In this document: in pieces, positions 17,590-27,210 of the stretch | Numbering within the stretch: the stretch's first letter is position 1 | How the letters are laid out: every line of letters starts with the position of its first letter | From: a virus | Taxonomy: Duplodnaviria; Caudoviricetes | Virus record (IMG/VR): IMGVR_UViG_3300020599_000180 | Span: 1-43,908 of that record | Direction: 5' to 3' (one strand) | Length of the DNA stretch: 43,908 nucleotides | Program-made: the position numbers and the translations under genes | The notes under the pieces: model-generated | The model's input: the letters and a program-made list of their open reading frames with translations, nothing else | The model's database searches: none | Told to the model about the DNA's origin: nothing

Positions 17590-18149
17590 ACCGGTGCGCC
17601 CGACTGCCCGGTGCCGGCCGCGACACCGCTATGCTTGTGGCTCTTGAGGCTCTTGCCGTCCGCCAGCACGTCCTGATCGGCGGTGAGCGTGCCGGTGAGG
17701 CTGGCGTCGCCGTCGATGGAGACGGCGCCGGTGATCGCGACATCCCCCGTGATGGTAACGCCCTCGGGCGCGACGATGGTCGCCCTGCCGCCGGCGAGGT
17801 TGATGGTCAGCTCGTGCCCGTCCGGGTCATAATCGATGATGGTGCCGTCCGGCATGAGCAGGCGGGCGCGGCCATCGCTGGCCGGCGCCGGGAAGGCCGT
17901 GGAGTAGATGCCGCGCAGCACGAGGCCGTGCGCGATATCGCCCTCGGGGCAGATCAGCAGCACCTGCTCGCCCTCGACGGGCGGCACCCAGCAGCGAAAG
18001 CCGCCGGCCAGCTCAAGCCAGGGCACAGGCGGCGAGACAATATCGCCGATCTCGACCGTCACAGTCGCGGCGGACAGATCGACGCTCTCGATGACGCCAA
18101 GCCGCGCCAGATCGCCGATCGTCCCGGACATGTCGTCATCCTGCCTCAT
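17586..18149 (-). CDS. gpV: Baseplate spike gpV
   Basis: PPVEGEQVLLICPEGD, DGTIIDYD, SLKSHKH iron-binding tip; start inferred at MRQDDD. Confidence 0.9.
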   Translation of the reverse strand: MRQDDDMSGTIGDLARLGVIESVDLSAATVTVEIGDIVSPPVPWLELAGGFRCWVPPVEGEQVLLICPEGDIAHGLVLRGIYSTAFPAPASDGRARLLMPDGTIIDYDPDGHELTINLAGGRATIVAPEGVTITGDVAITGAVSIDGDASLTGTLTADQDVLADGKSLKSHKHSGVAAGTGQSGAPV

Positions 18150-18194
18150 GAGCCAAGCTTTCGCCCGCCCGACGCCGCTCAGCCAGCGCGCGCG

Positions 18195-18217
18195 CTTGTG
18201 ATGGCGCACTTCACAAG
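18195..18217. promoter_or_regulatory. Late-promoter (Ogr-type) site upstream of gpV
   Basis: CTTGTGATGGCGCACTTCACAAG, one of four copies. Confidence 0.75.
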
Positions 18218-18444
18218 TCGGCGGGTTTTTCGGCGGGCGGGGCGCAATCGAGGACGCCGGCGGCGCGTTTGGCCGCCACGCCGAGCGCCACTTCGTCGAC
18301 GCGGGCCTTGGTCGCGGCCTTGTCGTAAGCGCCGGCCGCATCAAGCACGGCGTTGACGCGGCGCTCATGCAAGAAGCTGCCATCCTTAAAGGCGACGGGA
18401 ACCGAGCGCGACGCCGGGTCATAGGCGCCGATGGTGATTTTCAT
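18211..18444 (-). CDS. Small hypothetical tail-module protein
   Basis: MKITIGAYDPASRSVPVAF...RVNAVLD...; AGGA-like RBS. Confidence 0.65.
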   Translation of the reverse strand: MKITIGAYDPASRSVPVAFKDGSFLHERRVNAVLDAAGAYDKAATKARVDEVALGVAAKRAAGVLDCAPPAEKPADL

Positions 18445-18457
18445 GGGAGCTGTCCTT

Positions 18458-18919
18458 TCAGAGCTGGCCGAGCAGATCGGCGCGCCAGGACGCGCGCAGC
18501 TCGGCCATGCTGGTGGCGGCCTCGATGGCCGGATCCTGGGGGAGATCGCGCAGCGCCTGCTTGGCGGCGGCGATGGCGGGCTTGCTCTCGGCGTCGCCGG
18601 TTTCGTCCGCGCGCTGCCAATCGACATCGAGGGCCGCGAGCAGCGGCGCCCGCGCGGCGCGGATCCGCTCGCGCCAGATCTCGCGCGCCTTGGACATATC
18701 CACGACGATTTTGCCGGCGCTGGCCGTCAGCGCAGCGAAGAAGTCCGGCTCGGTCAGGGTGTAGTGATCGACGGTGGGGCGCACATGATCCACCGCAAAG
18801 CCCGCCGGAATCGCACCGTCCGCCAGCAGCTTGGCCGCCTCTGCCTGGGCGTCCTGCGCCTCGACCAATGTCGTGATGCCGATTTCGCCGGCGCCGTTGA
18901 TCCAGATGATCTGCGTCAC
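18458..18919 (-). CDS. Tail fibre assembly chaperone-like protein
   Basis: RIRAARAPLLAALDVDWQRADE...KQALRDLPQ; follows tail fibre. Confidence 0.7.
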   Translation of the reverse strand: MTQIIWINGAGEIGITTLVEAQDAQAEAAKLLADGAIPAGFAVDHVRPTVDHYTLTEPDFFAALTASAGKIVVDMSKAREIWRERIRAARAPLLAALDVDWQRADETGDAESKPAIAAAKQALRDLPQDPAIEAATSMAELRASWRADLLGQL

Positions 18920-18920
18920 A

Positions 18921-20507
18921 TCATACTCCCGAGGTTACGAAGGTCAGCTTGGTGATGGAGCCGCCGCCGCCGGACACGCCGAAGTTGACGCCGAAGCCGT
19001 TGGAATTGCTGTAGGAGCCGGACCCCCAGAAGGCGCTGTGCGCACTCGATCCGTTGCCGGCGTCGCCGCCGGTCATCACCGGGACGGGGTTGGCAATGGC
19101 GGTGGAGTAGCTCACCACGACACGCGCCGAGAACCAGCTGACTGACGCTACGTTGAAGCCGCGCAGAATGCTGCCGCTGGCCGGCGCCAGCTCTCCCGCC
19201 GCACGCACCACGCCTTGCGAACCGGCCTGAAGAAAGGCGCTGCCGTGCTGCCCATCGAGCAGATCGGCATCGACGCCGGAGCCCGAGCCATCGACCGTCA
19301 GCAGCTTCGCCTTGATGTCCGCCGCCGTGTAGGTCGCGGCATCGAGCGGCGTGAAGCCCAGGCGGGCGGTGATGTTGGTATAATAGCTGCCCTGCTGCCC
19401 ATCGAGCAGGTCCGCATCGAGCCCCGATCCGGCGCCGTCATTGCCAGCGTGCCAGGTCTTCTCGCCATTGACGGTGACGTTGCCCCCCTCAAGATTGAGG
19501 GCCAAGGTCGCCGGGGCGCCATCGTTCCGGGCCATGATCTCGTTATTGTCCATGGCGATGTTCGCGCCGCTGTCGCTGCCAACCTGGAAGGCATGGTTGG
19601 TCGACGAGAGGCTGGCGTCACCGGCGGAGGTCAGGCGTATCCGGCTCGTACCGATGAGCGTGAGGCCGTCATAAGTGCCGGAGAGACGCGCGTTGGGCAG
19701 CGTCCCCGTGGCGTTCGCCAGGTCCGAATAATAGCTGCCGTGCTGCCCATCGAGCAGATCGGCATCGACGCCGGAGCCCGAGCCATCGACCGTCAGCAGC
19801 TTCGCCTTGATGTCCGCCGCCGTGTAGGTCGCGGCATCGAGCGGCGTGAAGCCCAGGCGGGCGGTGATGTTGGTGTAATAGCTGCCCTCCTGCCCATCGA
19901 GCAGGTCCGCATCGAGACCCGATCCGGCGCCGTCATTGCTGGCGCGCCACACGTCGGCGAACAAGCTTGACAGCCAGGCGAAGACGGATGTCTTCATCTT
20001 CTTCGGCGTCACTGCAGTTTCGTCATTCGTGCCGGTATCGGCCTGCGCCTGGGTGGAAAGCCGCAGCACACCCTTCACCGTCTCGCTGGCCGGCGGATTG
20101 ACGAATTCGAGATCGCCGAACGTGATGTCGGCAGCGGCGATATCGACCAGCTTGATGTCCTGCTGCAGCAGCATGTTGGTCGCGGCCGTCTTGATGAGCA
20201 CCGGCTCGGCCTGGCCGTAGATGGCAAAGAGCGTGCCGTCCGCCAGATAGAGCGCGAAGGCGCGCAGCGAATAGGCGTCGCTGCTTTCGTCCGTGACGGT
20301 CACATGGATGATGTCATCGGCCACCATTGTGCCGGCGACGGTGGCAAGGCGCTTGACCTCCCCGGCAAGCGCGGTCGCCGCGGCATCGGGCGCGATCACC
20401 TCCTCGGACAGGCCGGCCTGGGTGATCGTCACCGGCGCCGTGCCCGTGTTCTGGGCGTTGACGATGGCGGCACGGCCGGCATCAGTGATGATGAGCGTAA
20501 GGGCCAT
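18921..20507 (-). CDS. gpH: Tail fibre protein (gpH-like)
   Basis: N-terminal ITDAGRAA...GTLFAIY anchor, ASETVKGVLRLST..AVTPKK, GSG(L/V)DADLLDG repeats. Confidence 0.85.
   Translation of the reverse strand: MALTLIITDAGRAAIVNAQNTGTAPVTITQAGLSEEVIAPDAAATALAGEVKRLATVAGTMVADDIIHVTVTDESSDAYSLRAFALYLADGTLFAIYGQAEPVLIKTAATNMLLQQDIKLVDIAAADITFGDLEFVNPPASETVKGVLRLSTQAQADTGTNDETAVTPKKMKTSVFAWLSSLFADVWRASNDGAGSGLDADLLDGQEGSYYTNITARLGFTPLDAATYTAADIKAKLLTVDGSGSGVDADLLDGQHGSYYSDLANATGTLPNARLSGTYDGLTLIGTSRIRLTSAGDASLSSTNHAFQVGSDSGANIAMDNNEIMARNDGAPATLALNLEGGNVTVNGEKTWHAGNDGAGSGLDADLLDGQQGSYYTNITARLGFTPLDAATYTAADIKAKLLTVDGSGSGVDADLLDGQHGSAFLQAGSQGVVRAAGELAPASGSILRGFNVASVSWFSARVVVSYSTAIANPVPVMTGGDAGNGSSAHSAFWGSGSYSNSNGFGVNFGVSGGGGSITKLTFVTSGV
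19239..19939. repeat. ~206-bp near-identical direct repeat within tail fibre (19239-19444 and 19734-19939)
   Basis: Offset 495 bp (in frame), only about three mismatches seen. Confidence 0.9.
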
Positions 20508-20519
20508 GGGGCTCGTCTC

Positions 20520-21053
20520 CTATGCGGTCATGTCCAGGCGGGCGCTCAGCAGCGGCCGCGCGCGCGCCGCTAGGCCGATTGCGCCGGCCGCGCTGATCGC
20601 CAGCGTGAACTCGAAGGGTCGAGAGAGCGGCTTGGCGCGGGTGACCTGCCGCACGGTCGCGTCGATGAAGTCCGCGTCCGGCGGCGCGCCGTCGATCTCG
20701 GCGAGGGCGAGTACCAGCGAGAAGCTGCCGGGCTCGCCAGGCGGCTCCATCTCCCACCACTCGCGGATGGAAATACTGCCGCCGAACGCGGCGACGGCGG
20801 CCCGCACGGCGGAGAGCGTGCCCTTACGGCGGTGAACCTCGATCGCGCTCGCCACGATCTGGCGGCGCACGCTGAGCGGCCATGCCGGATCCCACTCATC
20901 CACGGAAAAAGTCCAGGCGAGATAGGGCAGCAGCGCTGGCGGACAGGTCCACGGCGACCAGATGCGGCGGTGCGGCATATCCACCGCCGGCAAAGCTACG
21001 GCATCGGCCAGCGCCTTCTCCAGATCCGAGGCATTGGGCGGCAGCAGCATCAT
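20520..21053 (-). CDS. gpI: Tail protein gpI
   Basis: LLPPNASDLE, CPPALLPYLAWTFSVDEWD, HRRKGT. Confidence 0.93.
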   Translation of the reverse strand: MMLLPPNASDLEKALADAVALPAVDMPHRRIWSPWTCPPALLPYLAWTFSVDEWDPAWPLSVRRQIVASAIEVHRRKGTLSAVRAAVAAFGGSISIREWWEMEPPGEPGSFSLVLALAEIDGAPPDADFIDATVRQVTRAKPLSRPFEFTLAISAAGAIGLAARARPLLSARLDMTA

Positions 21054-21949
21054 TCGGCCTCGCCACCGCTGGTGAGCGTGATTGCGGTGCAATGCGACGC
21101 CTCGCCATCATCGATGACGATGTCGGCGACGGGCAAGGCGAGAGCCACGTTGTGCACGCCGGCGACGTGCAGCGCGGCGAAGATGCCGGAGAGCGTAATA
21201 TCGCGGCCGAAGCGGTGCTGCTCAGCCGCATAAGCTTCGGCGCGCGCCTGTGCCTGGGCGAGCACGATCGAGGCGTCGGGGCCGGGCAGGAATGTCAACT
21301 CGGCCTCGATGGCGTAAGGCACAATCGCGGCGCTCTCAACGGTGAGACGGTCGCCCACCGGCCGCACCGTCTCCGCATTGAGCGCCGCCGCAACGGTCGC
21401 GAGCAACTCGGGCGAGGCGGTGCCATCGCCGGTGCGGGAGAGCACATGGACCGTGACACAGGCCGGCGATGGCGAGCTGGCGGACGCATCGAGCACATCG
21501 GGATCCGCGTCGCGCGCGTGCTTGATATAGCTGCCCGCCGGCCCCGCTACCGAATAGCCCTCGGGCGCCAGGACGATGCGCTGGCGGAACGCCTCGTCAT
21601 CCTCCATGACTGCCGGCGTGCCGCTGTCCGGATCTGCCGGCGCCAGCTCGAAGCGCGTGACGCCGAAGCGCGCGCCGATCTGGTCGAGATCAGCGCCCAT
21701 CGCATAGGGCAGCATGACGGCGAGGCAGCTATCATTGGCGGCCTGCCGGTCGAGCATGCGGAAATAGGCCGCCACCTCCAGCACCTTGACGGCCGGGTCA
21801 CTCTCCAGCGTGTCGTCAAACTCGGGGATGAGGCTCTTCACCCGCGCCACCATCTCGGCGCGAATGTCCTGATAGCTGATCGGTTGGATCACATCGGGCG
21901 CCGGCAGGCGCGAGAGGTCGATCCCATTGAAGGTGGCGGCGTCGGTCAT
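21050..21949 (-). CDS. gpJ: Baseplate gpJ
   Basis: IDLSRLPAPDVI, LESDP, APEGYSVAGP, VRPVGDR. Confidence 0.95.
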   Translation of the reverse strand: MTDAATFNGIDLSRLPAPDVIQPISYQDIRAEMVARVKSLIPEFDDTLESDPAVKVLEVAAYFRMLDRQAANDSCLAVMLPYAMGADLDQIGARFGVTRFELAPADPDSGTPAVMEDDEAFRQRIVLAPEGYSVAGPAGSYIKHARDADPDVLDASASSPSPACVTVHVLSRTGDGTASPELLATVAAALNAETVRPVGDRLTVESAAIVPYAIEAELTFLPGPDASIVLAQAQARAEAYAAEQHRFGRDITLSGIFAALHVAGVHNVALALPVADIVIDDGEASHCTAITLTSGGEAE

Positions 21950-21993
21950 GGCGCCACCAAAGCCACGCGCCCGGCGATTTGCATCCGCGCGCG

Positions 21994-22016
21994 CTTGTGA
22001 TGGCGCACTTCACAAG
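21994..22016. promoter_or_regulatory. Late-promoter site between divergent gpJ and the 22086 operon
   Basis: CTTGTGATGGCGCACTTCACAAG. Confidence 0.75.
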
Positions 22017-22085
22017 TCCGCGCGTTGGATCGCGCGCGCGGTGCTCGCCACGCTCAGCCAAAATCACCGAGCATGGAGCCCCGTC

Positions 22086-22406
22086 ATGGCCAAGGCCTAC
22101 ATCACTCGCCACTCCGTCAACGCTCGCGCCTGGGCGCGTCTGAGCAGCGGCGTGCCCATCGGCGCCGTCGGCGCGCAGATCGGCGACGCGCTCGATCTCG
22201 ATCTTGATGATGGCGAGGCGCATCACACGCCCCCGGCGGCGGCCGCGGGGCTCTACAAAGTCAGCATCGACGGCGCGAACGTGCGCCTGCGCATCGGCGA
22301 GGAAGCCGTGGCGGATGAGTCGGGCGAGATGTGGTTCGACGGGACGATGCATGCGCTCGTCTTCGTGCAGGCCGGCGAGCGCATCTCGGTCCAGGTGGCG
22401 GCATGA
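22086..22406 (+). CDS. 106-aa beta-rich hypothetical protein (possible spike base/adaptor)
   Basis: GGAG RBS; ATGA-coupled to the large downstream gene. Confidence 0.65.
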   Translation: MAKAYITRHSVNARAWARLSSGVPIGAVGAQIGDALDLDLDDGEAHHTPPAAAAGLYKVSIDGANVRLRIGEEAVADESGEMWFDGTMHALVFVQAGERISVQVAA

Positions 22407-25400
22407 CGATCGGCGGCTTTGGCGCGGGCCAGCGCGCCGCCCGGATCCGCGCCCGCAACCTGCGCGCCACTGTCCAGACGGAGACGGCAGGCGAGCTGCG
22501 CCTGCCCAGCTTCGGGCTCAAGCAACCGGTCGTCTACGCGAAAACCTCGGGCCATGCGGATCTCGCGCTCAACGCCTCCACCGGGGTCATTGCCTGGACA
22601 GTGCCCTTCGAGGAGAGCGAGCTGCGCCAGATCAGCGGCACCGCCACCGGCGACGATGATTGCAGGGTGACATGGGATTTCACGCTCATGGGCGCCCTGC
22701 CCAAGCCGCTGCCGAGCTGGACGGTACAGCCCAGCATCAGCGGTATCGCGCAGGTAGGATCGACGCTGGACGGCCATGACGGCACCATCGCGTCCGGCGC
22801 GGTTTCGGGGCAGCAATGGCTTCGCGACGGCGCTTCAATCGAGGGCGCAACTGGATCCGATTATCTTGTCGGCGAGGCGGATATCGGCGCCCTGCTGGCC
22901 TACCGCGTCACGGCAACCGGCCCGGGAGGCACGGCGAGCGCAACCAGCGCCGCCATAGGGCCCGTAGTGGCCGAGGACGGCGAGGAGCCGGAGGAGCCGG
23001 ACACTCCCGTGATCGGACATGAGACCGGCGTCTTCGCCAACCAGGCGGGCGATGCGGGTCAATGGTATCTTGATGGCGCGGCGATCGAGGGCGCAACCGC
23101 TGCAAGCTGGGCGCCGGGCGATCTGGCCGATGTCTATGGCCGCGCTGTCTGGCAGGTGGCTGGTGGCGCCACCAGCAATGTCATCGTCCTTGTCGAAGAT
23201 GCGTCTGTTATCACGCATGTGGCGTTCGCCGAGGAGGGAGCCGGTACAAAACTCAGCGCGCTGGGCTACGAAATGGTAGACATTGGCGGCCAAGCGATCG
23301 CCGCCGATGAGCGAGGCCTCGTCACCACGGCCGGCATCCTGAATAACGGCAGCGAGGCCGGCCCGTGGGGGCGCCTCACCGGCAACCTCGCGGGTCAGGA
23401 TCTGGGCAGGTGCGTGGCTCTACAAGACGTCGGTGACGTAAATCACATCAACCAGATCGATGTGCCTTTGACATCAATCTCGACCTCCAATCCACAGGCG
23501 GCCTGTCCGGTCGTAGCATGCCACGACGTCAACAACTTCGTGTACCTGTACGTGGTGGGCTCCGACCTGCAGGCTCGCAGGGTCATCGACGGCGCAGAGG
23601 CGCAGATGAGCCGTCCCGAGGGCGGGAGCGCCTATCTCCGACTGTCGCCCGGCCTGAGCCAGCACGATCGGATCACGGTGAAGGTGCGTCTCGGGGCCAT
23701 GCAGGTCGCTATCAACGACGTGCCGCACTCTTTTGTCGGCGGCACCGGCACAAGCGAGCCCGCCGACTACTGGCTGCCGCTGCCACAGACCATTGTGGAT
23801 CTGAAGGGCGAGAAGATTGGCCTGATGGCGCGCGGAGGTGCAGGCGGGCGCTTTGCGTGGGTAGGCAATCATTGGTTTGGAGCAAGCAACCAGGCGATCA
23901 TCATCGGTTCGGCTACGATCAATGAGGAGACCGGCGAGACAAGTGCTCTGCGCGGCATCCGTCTCCAGGGCGTCGCTTGGGCCAACCGCCTTAACAATGC
24001 CGAGGTGCTCCTGATCGACGAGGGCACGGGGCATCTCCTGGCCGACTGGCAAAGCGTTGAAGGCGCGCCGGGCGCGGGGACGGACTTCACAATCGATGTA
24101 CCGCTTGACCTGTCCTGGAGCGATCTGACGGTGCGCTATGTGCTGCGCGATACCGTTCACAAAAATGAGGCAGCGTCCGGCACCATCCTCATCCCGATCT
24201 ACCAGACCATTTTCCCCTACAAGCGGGGCATCAACGAGTCCTTCGTCAACTACTTCGGAGCGAACAACCGCGAGAACAATATTTTCGACGCCTCGATGTT
24301 CTCCTTTGACCAGCTCACCAACGCTAACTCTGTCGTGTCTTATGCGACGGAAGCGGGGCTGGACGACGAGGGCCAAGTCTACGCTTACCCCTACGACCCA
24401 GTCAAAGACATCACTGCAACTCGGGTCTTCTTCCGCTGCAAGCCCGGCCTCAAAGTGGGCGATGAGTACATCGTTAGATATCCCCCCACCATGACGGCCT
24501 CATGGTGGAACGCCTCCACCTTTGTGGAAGTGTTGCAAGCCCCTGCTGACGGCACGGCTCGAATTAAGATCCTGCGCTCAGACGACTCTGTCACCGGGCT
24601 GCGCCTGTCCGGACCTATCCCTCCCGAAGGTGTTGGGCCCAAGAATGTCACCATGTATCGCGCGGACATTGATCCCGAAACGGCCGGTTATCTCGGCCCT
24701 GATTTCACAGATGCTTACGAATATTGCGGGTGGCAGGTCTACCGCAATATGTCGGCGGACGCCCTCAACCAGCGCTACAGCTATCCCCGCACGTTCCTAA
24801 ACCGCGCCGGCCAGAACATCGGGCCGCTCTCGGCCAAGGCGTGGGGCGCGATCAGCCACCTCAACGGCGGCCAGGACATTCACATCAACCTCTTCGCCGG
24901 TATGTCAGATACCTTTGTCCTGCAGTTTTTCGAGGAGCTTTGGCAGGTCATCCACCCCAACAGCAAGGTGCGGGTCGCAGTTCAGAACGAGGTCTGGAAC
25001 AAGACCATCGGCAACAGGATCTACAAGGATTTTGCCTATGAAGGCGTGACCAAGGGCTTTCACGCTTCGCCCTTCACGCCCATTCCTGAATTCGTCCGCA
25101 GCCTCCGCAGCGAGGCCACGAACCGCGACACCGGTGCGCTGAAAGTCCCGCTGTCTGCCGGCGACTACATCTATTGGGACAAGAACGGCGTCGGCAGCGT
25201 GATGCACCAAACGCTTAAGCCCCGTAATGTCGGTGACATTATCGACGAGAGCGACCCGACCGAGTGGCAGCTGGTGGTTAGCGAAGCCGGTAGCTGGAAC
25301 GCCATTCGCCGTCAGCTCACTCGGCGGACGCGCGAGATTGTTGCGATCGCGGACTCTGTCTTCCCCCCGAGCCGCATCATTCCCTGCATCGAATGGCAGC

Positions 25401-26014
25401 AGGGGCCCTTCAACGACGATCGCAAGCAACTCTTTCTTATGGATGATTTCATTCATGAGCTGGCCCTGCGCCCGTTGGGAGGCCGCTTCTGCATTGCGCC
25501 CTATTGGGGGCCGACCCTCGCCAACTGGAACCTTTCCTACCCTTGGCAGGCGCTTCTTGCCTCGGAGGACGACGAAGAATTCGAGCAGGGAATGCTGGGC
25601 TTCCGCAATGCAGCCGTTCCAATCATCGATGCCAAGATCAATGAGGTCGTTCAGACCAAACACCAGTGCGGGCGGTGGACGGAATCGGAAGGCTACAGCC
25701 CAGACCTCGTGCCGGTCGAATCCTACGAGCTTGGACCGCACTTCATCGTTACACCGGCGTCGTCTTGGCCGGGCAACATCGCCAATCGCTATCCGGACTG
25801 GATCCGGCACCCCTATATGGGCGAACTCAACCAGCGCTTCATCAGGGGCATCGCGTATCGCGTTGGCGGCGCACATATCTGGTTCGAGCGCTGCCGGGGC
25901 ATCCCGTCCGACTTCAACAGCGATGGCGAGATCCCATATTGGGCCCTGATGGAAAACGAATTTGACTATGGGCCCGAAAACCACCGCCTTGCGGGTGTCT
26001 TGAGCGTAGTGTGA
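22403..26014 (+). CDS. ~1200-aa protein with Ig-like domains and a C-terminal clan GH-A-like glycoside hydrolase domain
   Basis: PSISGIAQVGSTL..QWLRDG..IEGATG (Ig-like); VQNEVWN, IAPYWG, SYELGPH, HPYMGEL motifs. Confidence 0.7.
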   Translation: MTIGGFGAGQRAARIRARNLRATVQTETAGELRLPSFGLKQPVVYAKTSGHADLALNASTGVIAWTVPFEESELRQISGTATGDDDCRVTWDFTLMGALPKPLPSWTVQPSISGIAQVGSTLDGHDGTIASGAVSGQQWLRDGASIEGATGSDYLVGEADIGALLAYRVTATGPGGTASATSAAIGPVVAEDGEEPEEPDTPVIGHETGVFANQAGDAGQWYLDGAAIEGATAASWAPGDLADVYGRAVWQVAGGATSNVIVLVEDASVITHVAFAEEGAGTKLSALGYEMVDIGGQAIAADERGLVTTAGILNNGSEAGPWGRLTGNLAGQDLGRCVALQDVGDVNHINQIDVPLTSISTSNPQAACPVVACHDVNNFVYLYVVGSDLQARRVIDGAEAQMSRPEGGSAYLRLSPGLSQHDRITVKVRLGAMQVAINDVPHSFVGGTGTSEPADYWLPLPQTIVDLKGEKIGLMARGGAGGRFAWVGNHWFGASNQAIIIGSATINEETGETSALRGIRLQGVAWANRLNNAEVLLIDEGTGHLLADWQSVEGAPGAGTDFTIDVPLDLSWSDLTVRYVLRDTVHKNEAASGTILIPIYQTIFPYKRGINESFVNYFGANNRENNIFDASMFSFDQLTNANSVVSYATEAGLDDEGQVYAYPYDPVKDITATRVFFRCKPGLKVGDEYIVRYPPTMTASWWNASTFVEVLQAPADGTARIKILRSDDSVTGLRLSGPIPPEGVGPKNVTMYRADIDPETAGYLGPDFTDAYEYCGWQVYRNMSADALNQRYSYPRTFLNRAGQNIGPLSAKAWGAISHLNGGQDIHINLFAGMSDTFVLQFFEELWQVIHPNSKVRVAVQNEVWNKTIGNRIYKDFAYEGVTKGFHASPFTPIPEFVRSLRSEATNRDTGALKVPLSAGDYIYWDKNGVGSVMHQTLKPRNVGDIIDESDPTEWQLVVSEAGSWNAIRRQLTRRTREIVAIADSVFPPSRIIPCIEWQQGPFNDDRKQLFLMDDFIHELALRPLGGRFCIAPYWGPTLANWNLSYPWQALLASEDDEEFEQGMLGFRNAAVPIIDAKINEVVQTKHQCGRWTESEGYSPDLVPVESYELGPHFIVTPASSWPGNIANRYPDWIRHPYMGELNQRFIRGIAYRVGGAHIWFERCRGIPSDFNSDGEIPYWALMENEFDYGPENHRLAGVLSVV

Positions 26015-26039
26015 GGGGCGCCGCTTCGAGCGGCACCCC
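26015..26039. terminator. Hairpin between convergent genes
   Basis: GGGGCGCCGCT-TCG-AGCGGCACCCC. Confidence 0.6.
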
Positions 26040-26046
26040 CTATCAT

Positions 26047-26646
26047 TTATGCCAGAGCGGACCGGGCGCGGCTGCGAAGCGCCGCCCCCGCCAGGCCGAA
26101 GCCCGCAACCATCAACGCCCAGCTCGCAGGCTCTGGAACGAGCGGCGGAATGATCACATCATGCTGCAGCGTCGTAAACACCGCCGGCCGGGCGCGGGCT
26201 TCGCTTCGATTGACACCCCCAAAATTATTTTCAACGAGACGAATTCCGGCGTTCGGAGAAACGCTTTGGTCGAGTTGGTTGAATGAGAATTCTGCGAAGA
26301 CGCGATAGCCTTCTGCAGTCGTCGCATAGAAGAAAAAGCTCATCCAAGGATCGGTCGCGGCAACACGCGCCGCATCGATGCTGACTATGTCGAGCGACCC
26401 GATGGCCATGCTGGTGATCACGCCATAGGCCTCATAGCTACCATCAAAGAGGCGCTTGAGCGGATCATCGAATTCGGCGCGGATAGAAAAACTCACCGGG
26501 GCGTCCAGCGCTGCGGCGAGCGCCGCCCCATTCGGTCCGCTCACATCCGTGATTCCGGATACATAGCCGTCAGCGATGAAGGTCGCCGCAGGGGCCGGAA
26601 CAGCGAATATCCCTGCCAATGCTGCAACAAATAGTTTTTTAATCAT
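26047..26646 (-). CDS. PEP-CTERM (PEPxxWA) exosortase-sorted protein
   Basis: Signal peptide MIKKLFVAALAGIFAVPAPA; C-terminal VPEPASWALMVAGFGLAGAALRSR. Confidence 0.9.
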   Translation of the reverse strand: MIKKLFVAALAGIFAVPAPAATFIADGYVSGITDVSGPNGAALAAALDAPVSFSIRAEFDDPLKRLFDGSYEAYGVITSMAIGSLDIVSIDAARVAATDPWMSFFFYATTAEGYRVFAEFSFNQLDQSVSPNAGIRLVENNFGGVNRSEARARPAVFTTLQHDVIIPPLVPEPASWALMVAGFGLAGAALRSRARSALA

Positions 26647-26753
26647 GTCGATAGTCCCCACTATAGAAGCACACAGACTATTGCATAAACTGTGAGTTAA
26701 CCAAAGAGGCCGAAGCGCCCTTGCCCCATTTCGGAACGGGACGCCCGGCCGCG

Positions 26754-26776
26754 CTTGTGATGTGCGCCATCACAAG
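26754..26776. promoter_or_regulatory. Late-promoter site (inverted copy) upstream of lysis genes
   Basis: Reverse complement is CTTGTGATGGCGCACATCACAAG, one mismatch to the other copies. Confidence 0.75.
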
Positions 26777-26846
26777 CGCCAACGGTTTGCTGCCCGCGCT
26801 CCCCGCGCGAGGATCGGTCCGCCAACACAAGCGCGAGGCGGGACCA

Positions 26847-27209
26847 GTGGAAATCAAGATCTCGATGGCAGCGGGCCTGGCAGCGCTGGGCATCATCGCG
26901 CCCTGGCCGGACTTTATCGGCGGGCTTCTGCTGTGCCTGGCCGGCGCCTATGCGGCCATGATCCTCAGTCCGCCCGGGCAGCAAAGCTCGCTCTGGACCA
27001 CGATCTTCGTGGCGCTGGTGATCGGCCTCATCATCGCCATTGCCCACGGAGCGATCCAGATGCTGGGCCGCTGGCCGCTGCAACTCGCCATGGGCTGCGG
27101 CGGCGTGCTCTCCCGGCCCGCCATGCTCGCCTTCGCTTCATTCGGCCGGGGGCTGGAGAAACGCGCCGGCGAGCTGCCCGCCAAAGCCAAGCTGCCCTGG
27201 GAGGATTGA
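26847..27209 (+). CDS. Holin-like membrane protein
   Basis: 3-4 hydrophobic segments and charged C-terminus; first gene of lysis cassette. Confidence 0.6.
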   Translation: MEIKISMAAGLAALGIIAPWPDFIGGLLLCLAGAYAAMILSPPGQQSSLWTTIFVALVIGLIIAIAHGAIQMLGRWPLQLAMGCGGVLSRPAMLAFASFGRGLEKRAGELPAKAKLPWED

Positions 27210-27210
27210 G

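Noticed and set aside
19239-19939. DGR template/variable repeat pair
   Set aside because: Both copies are in frame in one gene, there are very few mismatches, and no reverse transcriptase is present
21994-26776. Invertible segment bounded by inverted 23-bp repeats and flipped by the serine recombinase
   Set aside because: All four copies sit just upstream of late operons and their orientation follows transcription, which fits activator sites better
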